From: Polyangiaceae bacterium
Lineage (GTDB): Bacteria; Myxococcota_A; Polyangia; Polyangiales; Polyangiaceae
Assembly (NCBI GenBank): GCA_965222375.1
Contig: CBDCTZ010000012.1
Span: 480,001 to 544,000, forward strand
Reading direction: 5' to 3'
Length of the DNA: 64,000 bases
Shown piece by piece: positions 18,465-28,125 of this stretch (the stretch's first letter is position 1; the number at the start of each line of letters is the position of its first letter). The translations under genes and the position numbers were made by a program. Below the pieces are notes generated by a model. That model ran no database searches. It was given only the letters and a program-made list of their open reading frames with translations, and was not told where the DNA came from.

Positions 18465-19865
18465 TCAGCCCAGGAAGACGACAACGTAGATCACGGCCAA
18501 TACGATCTGAACGAGAGCGAAGGGGATCGCCAGACGCACGAAGCGGGCGAAGCCCACGCCCAAGTTGTGTTTGTGCATCACCGTGACTGCCACCACCGTA
18601 GATGCTGACCCAATCGGAGTGATGTTGCCGCCCAGGTTGGCGCCGAACACGACCGACCACCACATCCCGTCCGTAGCGACACGTTCAGACATGCCGCCGA
18701 GGATCTTGGCTAGCACCGCGGCGAGCGGGATGTTGTCGGTGACAGAACTGGCCGCGGCGCTCGAAACCAGCAGCAACCCAGAACCTGCCTTCGGGCCCAG
18801 GCCGATCACGGCTTGGAGTCCCTGACCGATGGCGTGTAATACCCGAGCGTGCTCCATCACGTTGATCACGATGAACAATGAAGCAAAGAACAACAACAGA
18901 TCCCAGTCCAAGGCCTTGTAGAAGCGATCTACGCTGCTCTTGTAGCGCAGCACCATCACCGTCGCGAAGGCGAGCGCCACGTAAGCCATGCCCAGGTCCT
19001 TGACATAGGGAACGATGGACGTAGTCGCCAACGCGAGGATGAATAGAACGAACATGCCAGCGGCGAAGTAGAAGAAGCCCTGGCTCTCGATGCCGTCGCG
19101 CTCGTCGAAGCCGGCCACTTGCTTCGCCGCAGCTTTGCGCTCTTCAGCAGTCTTCAGTCCGTGTATCCCGAAGACCCGTGCGCCCATGACGAGAGTGACC
19201 AGGGTCGCCACGACCACGAAGGGCGCGCTGACCAGGAAGAAGCTCACGAATCCAATGCCCGCGGCATTACCAATGATGATGTTGGGTACGCTTGAAATGA
19301 GAGTGAGGAGACCCCCGATGTTGGTCAACAGGCCTTCGATCATCAAGAAGCCGAGCAGTTTGTCGGATCGGTCGACTTTGTCGAGGCTGACGGCAGAGAG
19401 GGAGCCGACGATCAACATCGCGGTGACGTTGTTCAGCACCGCAGAAAACACCACGGTCATGACGCCGTAGTAGAACAACAGTTTGCGGGGATCCCCGCCG
19501 CTCTGTTTCGTCAGTTTGATGGCGACGTAAGAGAAGAGGCCGCTCTTGCTGGTGACGTCGACGAATAGGCTGGCGCCGAAGATGATGGCAACTACTTCCC
19601 AGTCGATGGCAGGGATGTAGACCGGCACATGCAAGCTCTCCCCGAATACGTTGGTGATGCTACCAAAGGGAAGGATGCCCATGGCCGCGCCCAACAGCAG
19701 CGCCACGATGGCGGTGAGACCGGTGATTACACTTTTCTTGGCGTGGATCTTCTCTTCCAGGGCTAGCGCCAGAACCATCAAGGCGAGTAGCCCAGCGAAC
19801 AGCCAGGTCACGCCTGCGCTGGGGGGAGCGTGCGTCCCCGTGGAGGAGGCGAGCAATGTCATCAT
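18465..19865 (-). CDS. ArsB/NhaD/SLC13-family ion transporter
   Basis: Multiple TMs; SAVLNNVTAML, SSVTDNIPL, GANLGGNITPIGSAS. Confidence 0.88.
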   Translation of the reverse strand: MMTLLASSTGTHAPPSAGVTWLFAGLLALMVLALALEEKIHAKKSVITGLTAIVALLLGAAMGILPFGSITNVFGESLHVPVYIPAIDWEVVAIIFGASLFVDVTSKSGLFSYVAIKLTKQSGGDPRKLLFYYGVMTVVFSAVLNNVTAMLIVGSLSAVSLDKVDRSDKLLGFLMIEGLLTNIGGLLTLISSVPNIIIGNAAGIGFVSFFLVSAPFVVVATLVTLVMGARVFGIHGLKTAEERKAAAKQVAGFDERDGIESQGFFYFAAGMFVLFILALATTSIVPYVKDLGMAYVALAFATVMVLRYKSSVDRFYKALDWDLLLFFASLFIVINVMEHARVLHAIGQGLQAVIGLGPKAGSGLLLVSSAAASSVTDNIPLAAVLAKILGGMSERVATDGMWWSVVFGANLGGNITPIGSASTVVAVTVMHKHNLGVGFARFVRLAIPFALVQIVLAVIYVVVFLG

Positions 19866-20716
19866 AGTAGTAGCAGGGGAGTTTCGCGGAGTTCGACGGT
19901 GAGCGGGTAGGCCAAACCGTGCATGGCTAGCTGGTCCTCGTCCTTCGTGTTCATCACCAACAGGTCAATATCGTTCTTCTCGACCAGGGTTTGGCAATCC
20001 ACGATGCGGTGGCCCATGAGCACTGCGCTTTCAATTATCAGATCAGGCCGGGTGTCGCTCAGGGCGTCTTTGCAGGACTGCACGTAGTCGTTGGGCTCCT
20101 TCAGCAGCTGAGTGCGAATGTCGACCTCGGCTTCGTCGGTGTCGATACTGGGGATCTTGCTGATGATCTCCATGTAGCGACTGAAGTCTACGTCGTCTTC
20201 CAAGTGCGCTAGGAACAGAGTGCCCTTGGGCTGGGTTAGACGCGCGCCGAAGCTCACCAAAGTGTCGGAGCCCGTCAGATGGTCGGTCAACACCATCACC
20301 CGGTCGGTGTTCACGCATTGCGATGACATGCGGCCCGCCTCATCTGGCAGCGGCACCAGCAAGACCGGCGTCGAGGTGGCTTGGGTTAGCACGTCCACGT
20401 GTGAGCCCAGGCTGAAGGGGAAGTGTTTCGCCCGGCCTTTCACGTTGCGGTACATGACGATGAGATCAGGTTTGTCTGCCTCGACCCGCTCCAGGGTGTC
20501 TCCGACATTGTCGAAGGCGTCGCCGGGCAGCTCGATGTACTCGACTTCGTCACCGATGGCGCGCAAGAACTCCTTGACGTCGCGGGTGAAGAGCCGAGTT
20601 TCCTCGGCGCTCAGATCCGTGACGACTAGCACGCGCCTCAGGGGCAGGTCTTGCGCCTCGAAGCGCTGCTTGCTTGCAGACTTGAAGACGCTAGCGAATT
20701 CGTCGAGCTTCAGCAT
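19862..20716 (-). CDS. Tandem universal-stress-protein-like (USP) domain protein
   Basis: Two USP-like units (VLVVTDLS...DLIVM...LGSHVDVL..ATSTPVLLVP; VMVLTD...DLLVM...PLLLL); ATGA overlap with the transporter. Confidence 0.7.
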   Translation of the reverse strand: MLKLDEFASVFKSASKQRFEAQDLPLRRVLVVTDLSAEETRLFTRDVKEFLRAIGDEVEYIELPGDAFDNVGDTLERVEADKPDLIVMYRNVKGRAKHFPFSLGSHVDVLTQATSTPVLLVPLPDEAGRMSSQCVNTDRVMVLTDHLTGSDTLVSFGARLTQPKGTLFLAHLEDDVDFSRYMEIISKIPSIDTDEAEVDIRTQLLKEPNDYVQSCKDALSDTRPDLIIESAVLMGHRIVDCQTLVEKNDIDLLVMNTKDEDQLAMHGLAYPLTVELRETPLLLL

Positions 20717-20877
20717 GGTCGGGGGATCTAAAAGGGAACGCGGAAAATGCGCAACCGACTCGGGCGTGGGCCTGGAGCGCCGGGCTGTTCCGCAACTATT
20801 GCGACCGCCGGGCGCGCGACGCCCGGGCGGGCCCGCTGCAGCTTGCGCTCGAGACCCCCGTCGAGGATGCTGCAGGG

Positions 20878-22605
20878 GTGAGCTTTGCACTGAAAAAGGG
20901 TGGTATCGAGCCGCGCCCAGGGCCGCTGCTCACGGTGGTGATGGACGGCGTGGGCGTTGGGGTCAGGAACGAGGGGGACGCGGTACACCTGGCCCGAACT
21001 CCCGTGCTCGATGGTCTATACACTTCGTGCCAACACATGACTCTGGCCGCCCACGGAACTGCGGTGGGCATGCCCTCCGACGGCGACATGGGAAACAGCG
21101 AGGTGGGGCACAACGCCTTGGGCTGCGGGCGGATCTTCGATCAAGGCGCCAAGCTGGTGGACGCTGCCATTGCCAGCGGGTCCCTATTCTCCGGGGCAGT
21201 GTGGCAAGAGGCCGTAGCCCGCAGCGTGGCCGGTGGGGCGCTGCATCTCATTGGCCTGCTCAGCGATGGCAACGTGCATAGCCACATCGATCAGCTCTTT
21301 GCGCTGATTCGTCGCGCCCAAGAGTCGGGCGTCAAGACGCTATACGTGCACGTTTTGTTGGACGGCCGGGATGTGGAGGAGACCAGCGCCCTCGAGTATC
21401 TGTCTCCGCTCGAAGAGCTCCTCGGGAGCTTCGACGGCAAGGACGGCCGGCGCTACCGGATCGCTTCCGGAGGTGGCCGCATGTTGGTCACCATGGACCG
21501 CTACGAAGCCGATTGGGCTATCGTCGAGCGAGGCTGGCGCGCCCACGTGCTCGGGGACGCCCGCGGTTTTTCCTCCGCCCGGGCGGCAGTGGAAGCTTTC
21601 CGCAGCGAGGATGCGGGTGTCATCGATCAATTCTTGCCTGCCTTCGTGGTGCAAGAAGCTGGCAAAGCCGTCGGCCCTGTCGTCTGCGGTGACAGCGTCA
21701 TCTTTTTCAACTTTCGGGGGGACCGAGCCATCGAGATCAGCCAGGCCTTCGAGCTGGAGGATTTCCCACACTTCGATCGGGAGCGCAGGCCAGACGTGCT
21801 CTACGCAGGCATGATGGAGTACGATGGCGACCTGCATGTGCCAGGCAAGTACCTGGTTGAACCGCCCGCCATCGATCGCACCCTGGGTCAGTACCTAGCC
21901 CACAACGGCGTGACCCAGTTAGCCATCGCCGAGACGCAGAAGTACGGTCACGTCACCTACTTCTGGAACGGCAACTGCACTGGGCTCTACGATCCTTCCA
22001 AGCAGCGGTACTCGGAAGTCGCACCTGACGAGTGGGAGACGGCGAACTTTACGGCGCGACGCCGTCGGTCGGAGCTCGAGACCTTTCTGGAAGTCCGGAG
22101 CGACACGGTGCCCTTCGAACAACGGCCCTGGATGAAGGCCGGCGAGGTGACCGACGCGCTCATCGCCGAAATGCGCAGCGGCAGGCATCGCTTCCTGCGA
22201 GTCAACTACGCGAACGGTGACATGGTGGGGCATACGGGAGACCTCGAAGCGGCCTGCATCGCGGTGTCGGCGGTGGACCTGAGTTTGGGGCGACTGCTTC
22301 GAACCGTGGCGCAGCTCGACGGCCTGGCGCTCATCACTGCGGACCACGGTAACGCGGATGAAATGTACATGCTCGACAAGAAGGGCGGCTTCAAGCGGGA
22401 TGCCGGCGGCCGAATTCAGCCCAAGACCAGCCACACACTCAACGCGGTGCCCTGCGTGCTCTTCGACCCCCGGGAGAACTCGGCTCTGCGCCTACGCGCG
22501 GATCTCGAGCGGCCAGGCTTGTCCAACATCGCGGCGACGGTGCTTCAACTGCTCGGTTTCGCGGTGCCCGAGGGCTATCAGCCATCGCTGCTCGCCAGCC
22601 CGTGA
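20878..22605 (+). CDS. gpmI: 2,3-bisphosphoglycerate-independent phosphoglycerate mutase
   Basis: VMDGVG, MGNSEVGH, DGNVHSH, DGRD, NFRGDR, NGDMVGHTG, ITADHGNAD, TSHT. Confidence 0.96.
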   Translation: MSFALKKGGIEPRPGPLLTVVMDGVGVGVRNEGDAVHLARTPVLDGLYTSCQHMTLAAHGTAVGMPSDGDMGNSEVGHNALGCGRIFDQGAKLVDAAIASGSLFSGAVWQEAVARSVAGGALHLIGLLSDGNVHSHIDQLFALIRRAQESGVKTLYVHVLLDGRDVEETSALEYLSPLEELLGSFDGKDGRRYRIASGGGRMLVTMDRYEADWAIVERGWRAHVLGDARGFSSARAAVEAFRSEDAGVIDQFLPAFVVQEAGKAVGPVVCGDSVIFFNFRGDRAIEISQAFELEDFPHFDRERRPDVLYAGMMEYDGDLHVPGKYLVEPPAIDRTLGQYLAHNGVTQLAIAETQKYGHVTYFWNGNCTGLYDPSKQRYSEVAPDEWETANFTARRRRSELETFLEVRSDTVPFEQRPWMKAGEVTDALIAEMRSGRHRFLRVNYANGDMVGHTGDLEAACIAVSAVDLSLGRLLRTVAQLDGLALITADHGNADEMYMLDKKGGFKRDAGGRIQPKTSHTLNAVPCVLFDPRENSALRLRADLERPGLSNIAATVLQLLGFAVPEGYQPSLLASP

Positions 22606-22703
22606 GCTCTCCACGGTGGATGGCTCGGGTCATGGACGTTGGCCCTCCCAGCCCTCGGCTACAGGATTGACCCTCGCCCACTGCGCGGCCACCCTTGGCC
22701 GCG

Positions 22704-23777
22704 ATGAGTGAGCACATTGACTCCGCTGGGGGCGTGCGGTCGGGCGAAGAGTTCGATCTGGAACCGCTCTGCGCCTACGTGCGTGCGAACTTGAACGAGG
22801 TTCCCGACAATGCCGAGGTCATCGTAGAGCAGTTTCATCGGGGCCACTCGAACTTGACCTACCTGGTGCGCGCCGCCGGTCACGAATACGTGCTGAGGCG
22901 GCCCCCCTTCGGCAGCAAGGTCAAGAGCGCCCACGACATGGGCCGAGAGCATCGCGTACTGAGCAAGCTGCACAAGGTCTATCCGCTGGCGCCCGAGCCG
23001 CTACTTTTCTGCGACGACGCGTCAGTGCTGGGCGCGGATTTCTACGTCATGCGTCGGCTGCGAGGCATCATTCTGCGAAAGGACCTGCCGCCAGGCATGA
23101 CCCTCTCGCCCGCGCAGGTCGGTGCACTTCATCGCAACCTGGTGCTGGAGCTAGTGAAGCTGCACGCCTTGGACTACAAGGCGATCGGTTTGGGGGATCT
23201 GGGAAGGCCCGAGGGCTACGTCGAGCGCCAAGTGAAGGGTTGGACCAAGCGCTATGACGGCGCGAAAACTGACGAAGTTGGCAGCATTCCTCGCTTGGCT
23301 CAGTGGCTTGCAGAGCACCAACCCGCTTCCGGTGCGCCGGCTCTCATTCACAACGACTACAAGCTGGACAACGTCGTGCTGGACCCGTCGGATCCGACGC
23401 GTATCGTGGGCGTATTGGATTGGGAAATGAGCACCGTCGGCGACCCGCTGATGGATCTAGGCACGAGCCTGAGCTACTGGATCGAAGCCACCGACAACGA
23501 CGCCTTCCAGCTCACCCGCTGGGGGCCGACCAGCCTGCCTGGGAGTTTGACGCGCGCTCAGATCGTCGACTTGTATGCGGAGCACAGCGGGCGCAGTGTC
23601 GAGGATGCCGTCTTCTACTACGCCTTTGGCCTGTTCAAGACCGCCGTCGTTCTCCAACAAATCTACTACCGCTACAAGCAGGGCCTGACCAAGGATGAGC
23701 GCTTCGCGCCATTGATACATGGGGTGCGGGTGCTTGCGGATCGCGGAGTCGAAGCCGTCGAACTCGGCCACGTTTGA
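22704..23777 (+). CDS. APH-family phosphotransferase (ACAD10/11 kinase-like)
   Basis: GHSNLTY, YVLRRPP, SAHDMGRE, IHNDYKLDN, VLDWEMSTVGDPLMDL. Confidence 0.92.
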   Translation: MSEHIDSAGGVRSGEEFDLEPLCAYVRANLNEVPDNAEVIVEQFHRGHSNLTYLVRAAGHEYVLRRPPFGSKVKSAHDMGREHRVLSKLHKVYPLAPEPLLFCDDASVLGADFYVMRRLRGIILRKDLPPGMTLSPAQVGALHRNLVLELVKLHALDYKAIGLGDLGRPEGYVERQVKGWTKRYDGAKTDEVGSIPRLAQWLAEHQPASGAPALIHNDYKLDNVVLDPSDPTRIVGVLDWEMSTVGDPLMDLGTSLSYWIEATDNDAFQLTRWGPTSLPGSLTRAQIVDLYAEHSGRSVEDAVFYYAFGLFKTAVVLQQIYYRYKQGLTKDERFAPLIHGVRVLADRGVEAVELGHV

Positions 23778-23784
23778 GGGCAGG

Positions 23785-24765
23785 GTGGCGCGCGGCACTC
23801 AGCTCGACCTCTTCAGCCCGACGCCCGAGGAGCCCGGGCCGGTGGAGCCGGAGCAGCTCGCACGGGACGAGCGGTTGATGGCACAGGTCCCGGAGCACGT
23901 GCACTTCGGGACCTCGAGTTGGAGCTTTCCGGGATGGGCTGGCATCGTCTACGCGGGCGAGCCGACGGAAAAGGATCTCGCAGACCGCGGGCTCGAAGAG
24001 TACACGCGTCACCCCTTGTTTTCTGCGGTGGGCATCGATCGCAGCTACTACGCGCCGCTCGCTGCTGAAACCGTCCAGCGCTACGCGGCCCAGTTGCCCC
24101 CACGCTTCCCGTGCGTGCTCAAGGCCTTCAGTGAGATCACCAGCCGGGTGCACCCTCGCACCCGAGATCCAAATCCCCATTTCTTCGATCTTGACGCCTG
24201 CAAGCGCGATGTCGTCGAACCACTGATCGAAAACTTCCAAACCCACATCGGCGCCCTCGTCTTCGAGCTGATGCCAATACGGGACCGGGAGTTGCCCAAA
24301 CCTCAGGTGTTCGAAGACGAGTTGTTTCAGTTCCTGTCCGGCCTGCCAAAGGGGCTGCCCTATGCCGTGGAGCTGCGCAATCGAGAGCTCTTCACGCACC
24401 GTTACCTGGAGGTGCTCAACGAAGTTGGGGCCGGGCACGTGCTCAACTACTGGGAGCGCATGCCTAGCATTGGGCGCCAGCTGGAGGTGCCCAATGTGCT
24501 GTCGGCTCCCTTCGTTGTTTCCCGCCTTCTGATCCCTCCCGGGCAGCGCTACGCTGATACGAAACGCAAGTTCGCGCCCTTTAACCGCATTGTCGAAGCT
24601 CAACCCGCGATGCGCGCCGACATCGTCAAACTCACTGAGGCCTGCGCGCTGCTTGGAAAGACGCTCCTGGTGATCGTGAACAACAAGGCAGAAGGCTCGA
24701 GTCCGCTGACCGTCCGAGCGCTCGCCGAGGCCATCGTGGAATCCGCCCAGGAAGAGCCGGCCTGA
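23785..24765 (+). CDS. DUF72 (YecE-like) protein
   Basis: FGTSSWSFPGW, IDRSYY, YAVELRN, VNNKAEGSSP; start GTG 23785 is estimated. Confidence 0.88.
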   Translation: MARGTQLDLFSPTPEEPGPVEPEQLARDERLMAQVPEHVHFGTSSWSFPGWAGIVYAGEPTEKDLADRGLEEYTRHPLFSAVGIDRSYYAPLAAETVQRYAAQLPPRFPCVLKAFSEITSRVHPRTRDPNPHFFDLDACKRDVVEPLIENFQTHIGALVFELMPIRDRELPKPQVFEDELFQFLSGLPKGLPYAVELRNRELFTHRYLEVLNEVGAGHVLNYWERMPSIGRQLEVPNVLSAPFVVSRLLIPPGQRYADTKRKFAPFNRIVEAQPAMRADIVKLTEACALLGKTLLVIVNNKAEGSSPLTVRALAEAIVESAQEEPA

Positions 24766-24769
24766 GGCC

Positions 24770-25813
24770 ATGGTGAAAAAGGAGATTGTCATTCCGGAGC
24801 CGGATCCCGCACGCCTTCGGGCTGCGACCGCCCTGGCAGATCGCGCGTCCTTGCCCGCCGCACGGGACAACATCCTGTTCGGAACTGCCGGTTGGACGGA
24901 TCCGACCCTGGTCAAGAGTCGGAGCTTCTATCCGAAGGTGTCCCAGAGCGCAGAAGAGCGCCTGCGTTTTTACGCAGAGCACTTTTCCCTCGTGGAAGTG
25001 GATGCGACCTACTACTCGCTGCTGCCGCCGGAGACGGCAGCGCGTTGGGTCGAGTGGACGCCGAGCGAGTTCGTGTTCGACGTCAAGGCCCATCCCATCG
25101 TCACCGGCCATCCCATAGATGTCTCCCGCATGCCCGGGGACCTGCGCGATGCGCTGAACCGAGCCGGGCATGAGCGCCGCGTGTACCCCGACAAGCTGCC
25201 CCAAGAGCTGCATGCAGAAATCGAGAGGCGCTTCTACGCGCTCCTGGATCCCCTTGCCAGAAGCGGAAAGCTGGGTTGCGTGCTCGCTCAATTCCCTCCC
25301 TGGTTCACGGCGACGCGGGGCAACGCGCGAAAGGTCGCGTCGCTTTCCCAGCGCCACCCGGATGTGCCCTTCGCTGTCGAGTTTCGTCACAAGAGTTGGC
25401 TCGAAGCAGAGCGTCGGAAGCGCGTCAACGCGCTGCTGAGGGAGAGCGGGCTTGCCTACGTTTGCGTCGACGAGCCAGACACCCAAACCGGCGGAGTCCC
25501 GCCGGTGGTCTGGGCCACCCACCCAGATCTGGCGTTCGTGCGTTTCCACGGCCACAACCGACGCGGCTGGGACAAGAAAGGCACGTCGGTGCACGAGCGC
25601 TTCGACTACCTGTACACACCCCAAGAACTCCAAAACTGGGTGAAGCCTGTGCACAAGCTGTCGCGAGATTCGAAGCGCGTCCACGCGGTATTCAACAACT
25701 GCGTTCGCAACTACGCTGTGCTCGGCGCCAAAGGGCTTAGCGTGCTGCTCACGGAATCCGAAGTCGCCGAGACGGACGGCGTTCTTCCAGGGGTCGATTC
25801 GACGCCGTCGTGA
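24770..25813 (+). CDS. DUF72 (YecE-like) protein, second paralogue
   Basis: GTAGWTD, VEVDATYY, QFPPWF, AVEFRHKSW, VRFHGHN, FDYLY, FNN. Confidence 0.9.
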   Translation: MVKKEIVIPEPDPARLRAATALADRASLPAARDNILFGTAGWTDPTLVKSRSFYPKVSQSAEERLRFYAEHFSLVEVDATYYSLLPPETAARWVEWTPSEFVFDVKAHPIVTGHPIDVSRMPGDLRDALNRAGHERRVYPDKLPQELHAEIERRFYALLDPLARSGKLGCVLAQFPPWFTATRGNARKVASLSQRHPDVPFAVEFRHKSWLEAERRKRVNALLRESGLAYVCVDEPDTQTGGVPPVVWATHPDLAFVRFHGHNRRGWDKKGTSVHERFDYLYTPQELQNWVKPVHKLSRDSKRVHAVFNNCVRNYAVLGAKGLSVLLTESEVAETDGVLPGVDSTPS

Positions 25814-25939
25814 TTCCATCCTCCAGGTTGTTGGTTTGGGGTCGATGCGCTTCGCGACACTCGAGGCGTGAGTCCCGGTGCGGCCTGGTGCCCCTAAGCC
25901 CGAGCCTGCACTCTCGATGCATCCCCCCCGCCCAGGGCG

Positions 25940-26914
25940 TCACTCCGACGCAGCTGCGCGCGTCCGCGATCGCGATGCGATGGCAAACACGATCGCGACG
26001 ACCAAGGTCACTCCACCCACGATCATCAGCAGTGTTGGAATGCCGTACTTGATCGGAAGGGAGGCGGTGACGACCCAGCGTCGGGCGGTCGCGATGGAGG
26101 CCGCATTGAAGATGATGTGCAGCAGCAATGGGGCCCATATCCCGCCGCTGATGTGGCGAAACAGGCCAGCGCAGAGCGCCAATCCCAGGCTGCTCACGGT
26201 GCGGACGATGCCGAGGCCCCCGGACATGTCCGCATGTAGCGCAGTGAAGATCCCCGCTGTGACTAGGGTCGCGACCCCACCGGTGCGCAGATGGTTGGAA
26301 AGTGCCCTTGCAGCCTTGAGTGCTACGCCGGTTTCGACCACGCCTTCCGGCAACGCGGTCGAAGCAGGCGGCGCGTCGGGCTTGCGCGTGGGGATCAAGC
26401 GATTGACGAAGGACCACAGCGCGCCGCGGAATAGCAGTTCTTCGGCGACGGGGGCGATCGTCGCACCCCACAGCAAGGTGAGCCAGGCGGGGCTTCGCAC
26501 CAAGGAGCGACCGAACTCGCCGGTACTCTGCTGCGCCAACTGCCGGCCGCCTCGGCGTAGTTCGTCCAGAAGGGTTGGTAGCGCGATGGTGATCGCCACG
26601 GCGCTGACGATGACGAAGACGGGGATCGCCAGAGAGACGGATAGACCCAAAGCGCGTCCGCTGGGCATGGAGAGGCCGAGCGCAGAGAGGGGCTCTTTGA
26701 TCAACAGCGCGCAGAGGGCCAGCCCGACGAGCGTGCCAATGACCGCCACCCCGGCCAAGTAGCTTTGAAGCGTGAGTTGATCGGCGACGGCGGTTGGCAG
26801 CAGATACACGCCATAGCGGGCCAGCAAGCGGAATATGACCAGCCAGAGCACTGCCGCGACGCCATGCGCCAGGACGCGTTTCCAGGAGTTCGGGTCCTGC
26901 GGCGCGGGTGTCAC
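25940..26914 (-). CDS. CPBP (CAAX/Abi) family intramembrane glutamic endopeptidase
   Basis: APVAEELLFRG, FTALH, LLHIIFN; GTGA overlap with oxyR. Confidence 0.88.
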   Translation of the reverse strand: MTPAPQDPNSWKRVLAHGVAAVLWLVIFRLLARYGVYLLPTAVADQLTLQSYLAGVAVIGTLVGLALCALLIKEPLSALGLSMPSGRALGLSVSLAIPVFVIVSAVAITIALPTLLDELRRGGRQLAQQSTGEFGRSLVRSPAWLTLLWGATIAPVAEELLFRGALWSFVNRLIPTRKPDAPPASTALPEGVVETGVALKAARALSNHLRTGGVATLVTAGIFTALHADMSGGLGIVRTVSSLGLALCAGLFRHISGGIWAPLLLHIIFNAASIATARRWVVTASLPIKYGIPTLLMIVGGVTLVVAIVFAIASRSRTRAAASE

Positions 26915-27867
26915 GTTGGAGTGAGCACCTCCCGCTTGCGCGGGCTGAGGCGCACACTCGGGGGCAGCTGCTGCTTCACACAGTTGGCAATGGCATTGCC
27001 AACGCGCCGCCGCAGATGTTCCCGGGCATACACGAGGCTGACCTCACGCACCGGCGTGGGGGCCGAAAAAGGTCGGACTCGCTGGCCTTGACGCTTCAGG
27101 GGAAGTTGTTCGACGGACAGGGCCGGCAGCACGGTTACACCGAAGCCCCGGTCCACCAACTGGATCAGAGTTTCGAAGCTGCCGCTCTCGAAGCGCACGC
27201 CCTCGGCCTGGATGCTGCGGCGGTCCACGCGACAGAGTTGCATGACCTGGGTCCGAAAACAGTGGCCCTCGGCCATCAGCCATAGATGCTCACCGACCAA
27301 GTCCGACTGACGCACGGTCTTGCGCTTCGCGAGCGGATGACGCGGCGGGAGATAGGCAAAGAGCGCCTCTTCGTACAGTGGTTGCTCGAAGATTCCCGAC
27401 TCGTCGAGAGGAGTTGCAGCCAACCCGCCATCCAGGTCGTCCGCCAGCAAGCGCTCGACGAGCGCATCTGTTTGAGTTTCCTCCACCACCAATTCGACGG
27501 CGGGGTTGTCGGCCGCGAACTTCGGAAGCAGCAACGGAAGCAGCGTCGTCGCCAAGGTGGGGATAACGCCCAGCCGGTAACGACCCGTGAGCTCGCCGTC
27601 TTCGGCGAGCACATCGCGAAAGCGCTCGACCTCCCGCAGCACGGATTGCGCCTGTCGGAGAAAGACCAAGCCCTGTTCGGTGGGAACAACAGGTTGCTGG
27701 GATCGGTCGAAGACAACGATTCCGAGCAGGTCCTCGGCCTTCTGAACCTGCATGCTCAGTGCAGGCTGAGTCACGTGGCAACGCTCGGCAGCGCTACGAA
27801 ATGACCGCTGGCTTTCGACGGCGACGAGGTAGCGAAGCTGGGTCAGGGTTAGGGCCGATAAGTCCAT
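26911..27867 (-). CDS. oxyR: H2O2-sensing LysR regulator OxyR
   Basis: LysR HTH (AAERCHVTQPALSMQ); LGVIPTL; EGHCFRTQVMQLC retains both redox Cys (C199/C208 spacing). Confidence 0.9.
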   Translation of the reverse strand: MDLSALTLTQLRYLVAVESQRSFRSAAERCHVTQPALSMQVQKAEDLLGIVVFDRSQQPVVPTEQGLVFLRQAQSVLREVERFRDVLAEDGELTGRYRLGVIPTLATTLLPLLLPKFAADNPAVELVVEETQTDALVERLLADDLDGGLAATPLDESGIFEQPLYEEALFAYLPPRHPLAKRKTVRQSDLVGEHLWLMAEGHCFRTQVMQLCRVDRRSIQAEGVRFESGSFETLIQLVDRGFGVTVLPALSVEQLPLKRQGQRVRPFSAPTPVREVSLVYAREHLRRRVGNAIANCVKQQLPPSVRLSPRKREVLTPT

Positions 27868-27983
27868 GTGATGCACTGATTGGCAGTTCGAATTGGAAAT
27901 GCACTTCCGCCTTCGGCACTGTAGTCGCATATCAGTCGCTCTGCGCCGGCGCAGTCCCCGGTCGCAGACAAAAAAGTAAATAA

Positions 27984-27996
27984 AATCAATAAGTTA
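27984..27996 (+). promoter_or_regulatory. IHF binding site in the oxyR/rubrerythrin intergenic region
   Basis: AATCAATAAGTTA exactly matches WATCAANNNNTTR and is preceded by an A-tract (AAAAAAGTAAATAA). Confidence 0.65.
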
Positions 27997-28125
27997 GAGC
28001 CGGGCGGCCGGTTGGTCAAGCGGGCGCCAAACGGTGGGTTCCCTCCCACCAAACAAGTCCGTATCTTCGCCGCCCGGAAACAACCGCCCTCGCCCCCTGG
28101 GCGCAGGCTCGCTGGAGGAATGACG

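Noticed and set aside
27868..27910. OxyR operator (ATAG-N7 repeats)
   Set aside because: Only one degenerate ATTG-N7-GAAT half is visible, which is insufficient to call.
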